A stretch of 63,040 nucleotides of DNA, counting the filler, from Octopus bimaculoides (Eukaryota), in assembly GCF_001194135.2 (NCBI RefSeq). It is 6 parts of 6 records of this genome, joined end to end, with 100 filler letters (N's around TTAATTAATTAA, not from the genome) between each part and the next. Parts side by side here need not be neighbours in the genome. Positions count along the whole stretch, not along the records: positions 27,724 to 52,888 come from NC_069002.1; positions 52,989 to 60,828 come from NC_068983.1; positions 60,929 to 63,040 come from NW_026322426.1; 3 more parts are not named here. One strand, 5' to 3'. Below are positions 51,842 through 63,040 of this stretch, piece after piece (the first letter of the stretch is position 1; each line of letters starts with the position of its first letter). Both the position numbers and the translations under genes were made by a program. The notes under the pieces are model-generated. The model had not been told where the DNA came from. It saw only the letters and a program-made list of their open reading frames with translations, and searched no databases.

Positions 51842-52232
51842 GTTCTTGTTGTTGGCACTCCGTCGCTTGTGACGTCGAGGGTTCCAGTTGATCCGATCAA
51901 CAGAACAGCCTGCTCGTGAAATCAACGTGCAAGTGGCTGAGCACTTCACAGACACGTGCACCCTTAATGAAGTTCTCGGGGATATTCAGCATGACACAGA
52001 GTGTGACAAGGCTGACCCTTTGAATTACAGGCACAACAGAAACAGGAAGTAAGAGTGAGAGAAAGTTGTGGTGAAAGAGTACAGTAGGGTTCACCACCAT
52101 CCCCTGCCGGAGCCTTGTGGAGCTTTAGGTGTTTTCGCTCAATAAACACTCACAACGCCCGGTCTGGGAATCGAAACTGCAATCCTATGACCACGAGTCC
52201 GCTGCCCTAACCACTGGGCCATTGCACCTCCA
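51842..52232 (-). mobile_element. tRNA-derived SINE, full length, 13-bp TSD
   Basis: A box tggcccagtgg, B box gtttcgattcc, (AAC) tail; TSD ctccatcaaggtt at 51829-51841 and 52233-52245; partial copy at ~420-536. Confidence 0.9.
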
Positions 52233-52546
52233 CTCCATCAAGGTTAACCTGGGGTTAAACAACAACTGATGAAGAAATCTTTGTCTACGAAAATTGATAC
52301 CAAAGTTTATCCCTGTTATCATTTAATTAACACGCTATGAACATGATACAGTGACAGATGTTATTTATTACATTGTAGATTGTAATGCACACACGAACAG
52401 ACTGACTTCTCTTAGCATTGCACTTGAAACTGAGATGAAAAGAATAAGAAAAAAAATTACACAAGACAGCCTCAAGAAACCCAACACACACGGTTACAAA
52501 CGAAGTCAATGGTCATTCATTAAGAATACATATAGCTATAGTAGAA

Positions 52547-52769
52547 CAGGGGTTTTCAAACTGCGGTCCGCGGACCACAGGGGGTCCGTAGACAGCAAAT
52601 ACTTTTTATATATGTTTTTTAATCGAAATCTTTTAATTGACAATAAACCTATTTGTTAAATACTGTTAAATAAATAAATGTAAAAATATATGTTATTCTA
52701 AGCAAATATTTATGTATAAATTTCCTAAATATAAAGGGGTCCGCAAGTCAGAAAGTTTGAAAACCCCTG
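52547..52769. mobile_element. hAT-family MITE (223 bp)
   Basis: Perfect 16-bp TIR CAGGGGTTTTCAAACT and perfect 8-bp TSD TAGTAGAA (52539-52546, 52770-52777). Confidence 0.93.
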
Positions 52770-53006
52770 TAGTAGAAAACAAGGCAGTTTTCTGCAGGAT
52801 GATTTGGTCAAATTGATAAATTGTCATGAGTTGGAACAAGGCATTTTGGTTTTTGAGATAATTGCATGGTTGTGCAGTTAGGAAGTTTNNNNNNNNNNNN
52901 NNNNNNNNNNNNNNNNNNNNNNNNNNNNNNNNTTAATTAATTAANNNNNNNNNNNNNNNNNNNNNNNNNNNNNNNNNNNNNNNNNNNNATATATATATAT
53001 ATATAA

Positions 53007-53430
53007 GCAGGAGTGGCTGTGTGGTAATTAACTTGCTTACGAAGCACATGGTTCCGGGTTCATTCCCAATGCCTGCGTGGCACCTTGGGCAAATGTATTC
53101 TACTATAGCCTCAAGCCGGCCAAAGCCTTGTGAGAGGATTTGGTAGACAGAAACTGAAAGAAGCCCGTCGTATATATGTATATAAATATTTATATGTATA
53201 TGCGTGTATACGTTTGTGTCTCTGTGTCTGTCCCCTCAACAGCGCTTGCCAACCGATGGTGGTGTGTTTACGTCCACGTAACGTAGCGGTTCGGCTAGAG
53301 ATACCCATAGAATAAGTACTAGGCTTACACAGAATACGTTTTGGGGTCCAATTAGCTCGACTAAAGGTGGTGCTCCAGCATGGCCGCAGTCAAATGACTG
53401 AAACAGGTGAAAGAATAAAGCAGTAAAAGA
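53007..53430 (+). mobile_element. tRNA-derived SINE family B, near full length (many copies, e.g. 14600-14990 (-), 27730-27910 (-), 43545-43730, 49590-49950, 61770-62058 (-))
   Basis: gcaggagtggctgtgtgg..ggttccgggttca head, internal (AT/GT) tract, ctccagcatggccgcagtcaaatgactgaaac tail. Confidence 0.85.
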
Positions 53431-53499
53431 GTAAATGTATAGTTAATACACATACGAATATATACTAAATACACAGACGAACAAAAAAACCAGAAGGTC

Positions 53500-54030
53500 A
53501 ACTACATCTCTTCCATTATCGGCCAGAAGGCCAACCCGCAATTTCGGCCATTATCCTTGCCTAAACATAGCAAGACGAGACGAGCTCGTGGCGAGACTGT
53601 TAGTAAACGGCTGAGAGACAAAAGAGAAAGCTTAGGGAGACACGAATGCATCAATTAAAATGATAGTAATACATATACAGCCCCCACCCAAAAAAAAGCC
53701 TTCGGGCTGTAAGACAAGAGAAAAATAAGTAACACGAAGGAGAAATGAAAACTGTCCTAAAGGAATAAAAAGACGGGAGGTGTATGGCGAGGAGCTCAGA
53801 AAATTGTGACCAGTCCGGTCGAAAGCAAAGGCAACGCGAAAAAGAATGACACCGACTTGTGCCGCCACCGATCACGTGATAGTAGAAGGAGGTTAACGAA
53901 GACAGACAGGAGGAGGAGAGGGAGAGAGCGGGGGGATTTAAAGAAACGAGGCGGTAAGAAAATCGCGACCAGTCTTGTCGAATTCAACGTTTAAAAAGAA
54001 TGACACCGCCTGAGGGCGTCACGGATCACA
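53500..54030 (-). promoter_or_regulatory. CpG-enriched putative promoter/5' region of IRE1
   Basis: Locally GC- and CpG-rich unique sequence upstream of exon 2; perfect palindrome ATCACGTGAT (E-box) at 53871-53880; duplicated module; possible donor TATTC|gtatgt near 53415. It is separated from exon 2 by a scaffold join, so linkage is inferred. Confidence 0.5.
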
Positions 54031-55617
54031 TGAAAGTGAGAGGAGGGTAATAGAGAGTGAGTGAGTGAGTGAGTGTGTTTGTCTGAGATAGAGAGAAAGG
54101 AAATTGAGAGAATCAATGTAAGGAAAGAGACAGAGTGGCAGAAAAATTTTCCAAGAATATTTCTACAAATGGGAAAGACTTAATGAGTGATTGCGTTATA
54201 TAAATAATATTTGCAGGATTAAATCAAAAGACAATAAACGAAAAATATGACATATCTGTATGTGTGTGTGTGTATGTATGTATATGTATACATACATACT
54301 TAGATACATGCTAAGGAACATAAATACCCCGTTGGTGCTGCAAGTTACGATGAATGACACGCTGATGCGCAAGAAGCCGGTTCTTCCTATCGGCGTACAA
54401 TTCTAAATATTAAACAATAATAACTTATATAACATATATAGATGTCTGTTTTAAATACAATATATACCTATTGATATTTCACCTTCAATTTGATTATATT
54501 ACCATTTTATACTTGCTTTAATTTCTCTTGTTCTCTGTCTTTTAGTGTGAACAACGCTTGTAAAATCATTAAATTATGAACAACAGCATTTTTTAGAGTA
54601 CTGTAACATTCATAAACACCAGGGTGCCACTTGTATTGAGAAAACAGCTTAATGTCAAGCGGTTCCTTCATTTTATAGAATCTTTTAATTCTTGAACTGT
54701 TGTAACTATCATGGCTATCGCAATACTTGAATACGTACATGATTTCTATTGACTTGCTCAAACTTTTTAACGAAATCATTCGTGTGAATTCATTGTTCGT
54801 TTCCCGAAAGCCTCTGAACATTTCCTCATTCCTTACATTAACACTTGCACTTAATTATTTACATGTTAAACCTCTAATATAATGTAATAAATAGAATTGG
54901 CTACTTTATTATTTCTACTTTACTATTTCTGGTTATATCTTCAACTGCTTTCTATATTTTCTCTGTTTATTTCATAGTATTTTTGCTCGAACGTGAATGC
55001 AAGATTTGTAAACGTCATCCTTATTCTTTAAAACTCATTTCCACCCTAAGTATATCACTTGTAAAATGAAAATATAAAACTGAAGTTGAAAACAGCATCG
55101 TATATATTACTATCACAGCTATTTGGTCACGTTTTCTCGATTGCTAAATTACGAAATCAATATGTGTAAAAAAACAAGAATACTCACAACTATTTACGGG
55201 AGCACAGTGGGGTTAATCATTCTCAAGTTGTATCTACATGCGCAGTTATGACTGTGTGGTTAAAAGCTCACTATGTAACCATGTTCCAGTTTCAGTTCAA
55301 CTGAACGGTACATTCGATAAGTGCTTTCTGCTATAGCCTCGGTCTAACCAATAAGTTGTTAGTCAATTTGGTTTTTATGAAATTGTACGGAAGCCCGCCG
55401 TATATACATATTTGAATATGTGTATGTGTAATTAACTTCGTGTCTTTGTCACCCAAATCCACAGGACAGCCGCTGCTGGTTTGTTTACGTCCCGGTAATT
55501 CAAAGGATTAGGAAAGGAAATCATGAACATAAAAATCAGACCTTAAAATATTAGATCTGGCATCGATCTACATTGTTTACGTTTGACGGATGTTTTGTCC
55601 TCGTCTTGTATGTTGTT

Positions 55618-55663
55618 AGCAGGACGTTTCAGCTGATGTGCCCTCTGGCCTTCATCGGGTGTC
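55618..55663 (-). ncRNA. Degenerate hammerhead copy homologous to 27300-27345
   Basis: GACAC CCGAUGA A GGCCA..CAGCU GAA ACGU C CUGCU; core U4C and broken stems; flanking ~130 bp (55560-55710) homologous to 27240-27360. Confidence 0.5.
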
Positions 55664-55719
55664 TTGGGGAGGTTTCAGGTTTGGGTTCTCATTCCTAAGG
55701 TATTTTTCGATGTTGTTGT

Positions 55720-55831
<112 letters not shown>

Positions 55832-56213
55832 TTTTCTTCTTTCTTCAAATTTTCTTCCATTTCTCGCCGAGTGTTTTCCGTACACCTAGGGCAGAGAAGC
55901 TCATTGTATGCATTCCCATTTTACACACGCAAATTCACAGGTAAAATATGTATCTAAAAAATAAATAAATAAATAAATTCATGAATGGATGTTGTTTTCA
56001 CAGCGATAATGCTCTTCTTAGTACATGAGTCGTTCCAGTTAACACGATCTTTTGCACTTCCTGTAGGGATGGTAAGCCTGTTATCATTTTCAAATAGGTT
56101 TCAGTACCTTTTTTAAAATCATTCCTAGAGATCCTACAATCACTGGTACGGTAGTCGCCTTCAGGTGCCACATTTTTTCAATTTCTATTAGTAAGTTTTT
56201 ATATTTACTGATC

Positions 56214-56274
<61 letters not shown>

Positions 56275-59039
56275 CAGACCTTAAAATATAAGATCTGGCA
56301 TCTAAAACTCATAAAGAAGTACCCTAGTGTGACCGCAGTCCAATAATTGAAAGAAGAAGAATATAATAAAGTTGTGGGTATTTTGTTATGAAAATTAAGA
56401 TTAAGCCTTATGAACGATTGGTAAAACCAATGTTTTAATAACATAGCACCGAAATCTGCTCATTCAACGGAAGACATGAAAGTAAATGCACTTTAATATA
56501 CCTTTTCGTCTCTTCTGACTAAAATATTCCATTAAGTGTACTAGGAAAGTGCAAAATAATATCGAAATACAAATAAGCTGAAGGTATAGTATCGCAGTAT
56601 ACTAATTACTAAACAGGATTAGTTTAATTACTTAATCGGGATGAGCGTAGAACGTTGGAGAATGAGTCATGGAAATTGCTATTTATCTCCCTATTGGTGA
56701 TAATTCGCAGCTCGCATTTTCTAAGATACTTTGAAACTAATAGCCAATGGAGGAATGTTATTTCAATGCCAAGATTTATAAATACTATAACGAAAGAAAT
56801 CGGGTGCATTAATGTGTAAGAAATAACAATTATATTTCCCTCAAAGTCGCTCTGCTGTCTTACAAAATGAATCACTGATTTATATAAACCTGGTCCCCAT
56901 CCACATCTTTAAAAAATGGCACAATACATGCACTTAGAAACGGTCTGATGACCAGATATGTTTCAGGTCTAACAACATTAACATTGTAACAGACTACACA
57001 TAACATTAATATAGGAACATTTATATAGGTGCTCGAACTGCTTCAAACAGGGATCAAATGTCACAGAATTCCCTACTTGTTATCTGAAAAGCATGCGAAA
57101 GACGTGCAAATTTTATATAATTTATAATGTTAAAATGTACGGTCTAAACGATATTTTCTTTGAGATGTGCATCTGAAATTACCTCTGACAATCAAGACCA
57201 GCTCCTGACCTCCTCGACTTCTAGATGTTAGCCTGGCGGGACTGCTTCATACTGACAGTATAAGGAGTAAGAGCTAGTTACTAGCGCCTAAAAGCCAGTT
57301 GCTTACGGGTAGATTGAGCTCGTCCAGTTAAAGAGCAGTCCAACTTGGAGAATATCACGGGTTTCGATTATATCTAAGACATCCTGGAACCCACTCCAAC
57401 TACCATAACCAGATAAAGCATGTCACCAAATTCAGTAGTGCCGCTGGTGAGGTTGATGTCCAAGTGCATAGACCTTGTGATTGATTCACTCTTAACAAAA
57501 CCACGTGATGGTCAGCTGTGGTTTGGATAACGATCATCTCCTGTCCTTTCGTTAACTCCTGTGGCGATGGTAAACCGGGCGTCGGGGAAAGGCTTGTCTG
57601 AACCTGGAGCCATGTGGTTCGTAAGCAAGCTACTTACCACACAGCCACTGGGACTGAACCCGAAACCATGTAGTTCGTAAGCAAGCTAACTACCACACAG
57701 CCACTCCTAGGCCTTTTTCATTCTTTAGAATTTTCAGAAAATGTTTCCGAATTTGTATTCTAGGCACGGAAATTCATAAGATTATGCCAAAAAAAAAATA
57801 GTGCTTGATTCAAGGCTTATTTAACTGTTATTTTTAGCACATCTCATACCGCATGTATTTTAATTATTTAATAAACGACATAAAGAGCACGTGGTAAGTA
57901 ACTTGGTAACAGCTTGGTTTGTTACTTGGGAAACATGCATCCATATATCTGTCGCTTTCCATTGGCTAAAACTACCCAGAATTTACAAACTTTGAAAGAT
58001 ATTAACTCTTTCATTATCGATTTATGTAGACAATGAATTTCATGACAATGGTTACTTTACAAAACTACACCAATACGCCAAATATGAAATGAATTGGAAC
58101 AAAAATTGAAGAAGTTGGAAACTGGCAGCCAAACAGAAAAGATCTGTTAAGTCGATTACATCAACCCAGTGTTCAACTGATATTTTTGTTATTAACTCTG
58201 AAGGGACGAAATGCAAATCGACCTTGGCGGAATTTGAACTCAGAACGTAAAGACGGACAAAATGCGGCTAAGCATTTGGCCCAGTGCCGTAACGAAATTT
58301 AGTCACCTCGCCGCCAAACTGCTGAATGAGAGGACCGCAGAAGTGAATAATATTACCCAAAGATTCGCACGCCAAATGGCTAGGAGAATGAGAGTAGGGG
58401 ATTCGAGTTTGAATAAAATTGTCTCTCATTTATGTTGGCTTCCATCACGAGACATGTTAATAATTTCGATAATAAATAGGAATTGTCGATCATAATGATA
58501 ATCAGTTGAAATACTGAGATAGTAAATTACTGGTATATATTTACTGGCAGTGTTTAAACCCTGATACATCAGGGAATAAAACTAGTCATAAATTTTATAC
58601 GAAATTAATTGCATTTCATGTTTTTCTTCATCGGATGAAAATGGTTGCTTACAAATGGAATACAATTATTGCATATACGTATATATACGTGGCAGCTTAC
58701 GTCTGTAAATAGAAATGAATATATCATTTACATATATATCAGCATATAAGCATGCGTACGGTACACCCATATATGCACATGTACAAGCAAACACGCACAC
58801 ATATGCATATACACATCGATCTATATGTACATACACACACATATATGTATATATATACACACATATATATATATAGATAGATATATATGCATAAAAAATA
58901 TATATGCATATATATATATATGTGTGTGCGTGTATATACGTTACATGTACTTGTATACAGGTAAGTGTGTGTATGTGTCTCCTTGAGTAGCTATATAACG
59001 TATATGCATAGATATACATATTTAGGCGTATGCATATGA

Positions 59040-59085
<46 letters not shown>

Positions 59086-59325
59086 CGTGAGAGAGTTAGG
59101 GGTTGGGGGTTCAACCCACTAAGGGATAGTATCTATCCAGTATACTGATGGGAGGGTACCCAATTATTGCTACACTAGTGCTATACTAGGTGCAATCAAT
59201 GGGACCGTGTAAAAGTGGAGGTTTTACCCAAAATTTGTATATATATTTTTTCAATGTAAACACACACACATATATTATATATATGTACATAATCATACAC
59301 ACACACACACACATACACGCACACA

Positions 59326-59378
<53 letters not shown>

Positions 59379-60770
59379 TCACATGCGAATATATATTTCA
59401 AACAGACGACACATGTATATATGCAACCGCCGTATTATTATCTGTAAATGGACATCCAGTGGGCAATTATTTTAATAAATTTAAATTCAAACTTTACGGC
59501 TTATTCTAAGTTTTAAACTAAACCAAATTAATTTCTATTCTAAGGGATTATATAACATTTACGACGTTAGCAAATGCGATGTGTGAGCCTGAAATGTGTG
59601 TTTGTTTTAATATGATCGCGTGCATTTGATACTGTGTAAAGCGTTTGTTGCACCATATTCTATCACTGCTAATACGGTATGTATGCATACATGTATGAAT
59701 GTATGTATGTATGTATGTATGTATGTATGTATGTANNNNNNNNNNNNNNNNNNNNNNNNNNNNNNNNNNNNNNNNNNNNNNNNNNNNNNNNNNNNNNNNN
59801 NNNNNNNNNNNNNNNNNNNNNNNNNNNNNNNNNNNNNNNNNNNNNNNNNNNNNNNNNNNNNNNNNNNNNNNNNNNNNNNNNNNNNNNNNNNNNNNNNNNN
59901 NNNNNNNNNNNNNNNNNNNNNNNNNNNNNNNNNNNNNNNNNNNNNNNNNNNNNNNNNNNNNNNNNNNNNNNNNNNNNNNNNNNNNNNNNNNNNNNNNNNN
60001 NNNNNNNNNNNNNNNNNNNNNNNNNNNNNNNNNNNNNNNNNNNNNNNNNNNNNNNNNNNNNNNNNNNNNNNNNNNNNNNNNNNNNNNNNNNNNNNNNNNN
60101 NNNNNNNNNNNNNNNNNNATATATGTACTTACATACATATATATATGTATATATGTATACATATACATATGTATATATATAATTCGTTTTTTTCTTTTCT
60201 ATTTATCTTTTACTTTTTGTAATTTCAGCTCAAAGCTGTGGCCATGCTGGGACACCATCCACTATGTGACACTTGGTGAAGTTTGGAGCTTGATGTCGTT
60301 ACCCTCATTTGCACCTCATGCCGTGAGGTAGGTCCATCTGGGACTCTGGGAAGAGGTCCAGTTTTTATTTGAAAAAACCTATCATCCTGTTTTATGCTTG
60401 CTGTAGCATCAACTTAAAGTGTTCCTTATCGAAGTACTCGACCCCAACATTTATCGTTTGTAATCCTAGTACTTATTCTATCGGTGCCATTTGCCGAGCC
60501 GCTAGATTACGGTGGCGTAAAAAAACCAATATCGGTGACAGAAAGACACATGAACATAAATATGTACTTATATATACATAACATTCTACTTTCTATTTCC
60601 ATCTACTAAATCCCATCACAAAGCTTTCATCAGCCAGATGCTATAGTAGAAAACAGTTGCCCAAGATGCCCGCTCCCGTGTGGTTGCGAAGCTACGCCTG
60701 TATATGTATCGGTGTACATACAAACATAGATACATACATACACACACATGCGTATACACACACACATGCG

Positions 60771-60828
<58 letters not shown>

Positions 60829-62360
60829 NNNNNNNNNNNNNNNNNNNNNNNNNNNNNNNNNNNNNNNNNNNNTTAATTAATTAANNNNNNNNNNNNNNNN
60901 NNNNNNNNNNNNNNNNNNNNNNNNNNNNACATATATATATATATATACATACATATATATATACACATATATATACATCTGAATATGCATAAATATATAT
61001 ATATATACATTGATTACAAAGAATTCCCTCAGTGATCTTGATGTTTATCTAGATCTTATTGTAGCATCCTATGTATCATAGTGTAGGCCCCTTTAACTGA
61101 ACATAATGAACAGAGTTTATGTCACCTGTACATGTTTTATAGGCTTTTATCACTCTCTAATTGACTCCTTCTAAAGCTTGTTTCTTTATGTGATAGGGAT
61201 ACTTATAGCCATAGGAAATTAAGATTTGAAGGAACATGGAATAATATCCATTTATGACTGGCAGCCAGTTCTGAACTGTCAACTCACAATGCTCTTATTT
61301 GCAATAAACGCAGTCTACTAGCATTAGGTCTTTTGATGGTGATAAGGAGACAGATAAAAATTAGAAGTGAATTACAATCCCACGACCCCTACTGTTATCC
61401 ATTTGTGCCACTCCTAAATTGTAGATATTTTTCTCTTAGATTATTCCTGCTGCAACAGTGGCAACATGGAAATCTTTCATACTCTAGCTCTGATAAAGTA
61501 TTTGACAAACTTTATAGTAATATATCTTGTCCGTTGAAAATCCATATTTATTGCAACTGAAGGTGGCACTTTATTTACATTGATGCATTGTTTGATGAGA
61601 TGGAGCTGCCTCAAATGGTCATATTGCATTAATACCTGGCATCACGTGACCTATTTAATTTTAATAATCTTCTTTTAAGCTCTGCGGACAGTACCAGGCT
61701 GACTTGTTACCTCAAATTAAGTACGTAATTCAACTGGATCTTAATTATTTCTCACATATATATATATACTCTTTACTCTTTTACTTGCTTCAGTCAATTG
61801 ACTGCGGCCATGCTGGAGCACTGCCTTTAGTCGAGCAAATCGACCCCAGGACTTATTCTTTGGAAGCCTAGTACTTACTCTGTCAGTCTCTTTTGCCGAA
61901 CCGCTAAGTTACGGGGACGTAAACACACCAGCATTGGTTGGGGGGACAAACACAGACACACAAACATATACACACACATACATATACATATAACGAGCTT
62001 CTTTCAGTTTCCGTATACCAAATCCACTCACAAGGCTTTGGTCGGCCCGAGGCTATAGNNNNNNNNNNNNNNNNNNNNNNNNNNNNNNNNNNNNNNNNNN
62101 NNNNNNNNNNNNNNNNNNNNNNNNNNNNNNNNNNNNNNNNNNNNNNNNNNNNNNNNNNNNNNNNNNNNNNNNNNNNNNNNNNNNNNNNNNNNNNNNNNNN
62201 NNNNNNNNNNNNNNNNNNNNNNNNNNNNNNNNNNNNNNNNNNNNNNNNNNNNNNNNNNNNNNNNNNNNNNNNNNNNNNNNNNNNNNNNNNNNNNNNNNNN
62301 NNNNNNNNNNNNNNNNNNNNNNNNNNNNNNNNNNNNNNNNNNNNNNNNNNNNNNNNNNNN

Positions 62361-62584
62361 GAGCGTGGCCATTGCCAGTACCGTGTGATTGGCCCTCGTG
62401 CCAGTGGTACGTAAAAGCACCCACTACACTCTCGGAGTGGTTGGCGTTAGGAAGGGCATCCAGCTGTAGAAACTCTGCCAGATCAGATTGGAGCCTGGTG
62501 TACTCTTCTGGCTTGCCGGTCCTCAGTCAAATCGTCCAACCCATGCTAGCATGGACAGCGGACATTAAACGATGATGATGATGA

Positions 62585-62585
<1 letters not shown>
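62361..62585 (+). mobile_element. RTE 3'UTR-type repeat with (GAT)n tail (representative of many copies, e.g. ~10050-10370, 33270-33480 (-), 34690-34830 (-), 41690-41835, 50060-50240)
   Basis: Recurrent ggaagggcatccagctgtagaaac...ccaacccatgctagcatggaaagcggacgttaaacgatgatg sequence. Confidence 0.85.
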
Positions 62586-62620
<35 letters not shown>

Positions 62621-63040
62621 TTTTCTTTATTCTTTTACTAGTTTCAGTCATATAACTGCTGCCATGCAGGAGCACCTCCTCTTAGTTGAGCATATCGAAT
62701 CCAGGACGTATTCTTTGCAAGACGAGTATTTATTCTATTGGTCTCATTTTGCTGATATGCTAAGTTACAGGGACGCAAACAGACCAGCATCGCATGTCAA
62801 GTGATGTTCGGGGGAACAAACACAGACACACAAAAACACACATATATACATATATATTTGAACACATCTGACTATACATATGAATACACGCATATATATA
62901 ATTGCACATATATATATATGTATGTGTGTGTGTGTGTATGTACACGTACACACATCTGAATATACATATGAACACACACATGTATATATATATATATTTT
63001 CACACACACACACATATATGTATGAATATATATATATATA

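Noticed and set aside
52255-52300. CTGATGA..CGAAA hammerhead-like spacing (+)
   Set aside because: Helix II pairs poorly, position 17 would be G, and no helix I forms.
53416-53545. Hydrophobic frame DVVDLLVFLFVCVFSIYS|gtatgt (-) as IRE1 signal-peptide exon
   Set aside because: No in-frame ATG after the upstream TAA, and phase 2 does not match phase-0 exon 2 without an extra exon or a sequencing error. Not supportable.
53585-53610. CCACG as an ERSE (CCAAT-N9-CCACG)
   Set aside because: No CCAAT at the required spacing.

Overview
Eukaryotic, AT-rich, microsatellite- and retroposon-dense DNA; the repeat landscape suggests an octopod cephalopod draft assembly (inference). Five 100-bp gaps of 44 N + TTAATTAATTAA + 44 N are artificial scaffold joins. 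The one secure gene is IRE1/ERN1 (ER-stress kinase/RNase) on the minus strand. I reconstructed 19 coding exons between 49435 and 28057 with GT-AG sites and compatible phases, covering the luminal domain, TM helix, complete kinase and start of the KEN/RNase domain. The signal-peptide exon, one small luminal exon and the final catalytic RNase exons were not found; they may lie in gaps. The rest is tRNA-SINEs, RTE, Tx1-like and R4/Dong-like LINE fragments, mariner fragments, hAT and piggyBac MITEs, and simple repeats. Main observations: (1) minimal type-I hammerhead ribozyme motifs of Penelope-like type, one in IRE1 sense orientation in an intron; (2) a head-to-tail array of RLE-LINEs each bounded by (TAA)n; (3) a tandem exon duplication in the IRE1 juxtamembrane linker; (4) substitutions at normally conserved IRE1 residues; (5) long intronic dsRNA-forming inverted repeats; (6) a duplicated module in the putative promoter. 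Exon numbers assume an unlocated exon 1 and an unlocated exon 6. All alignments were by eye and repeat boundaries are approximate unless a TSD is given.
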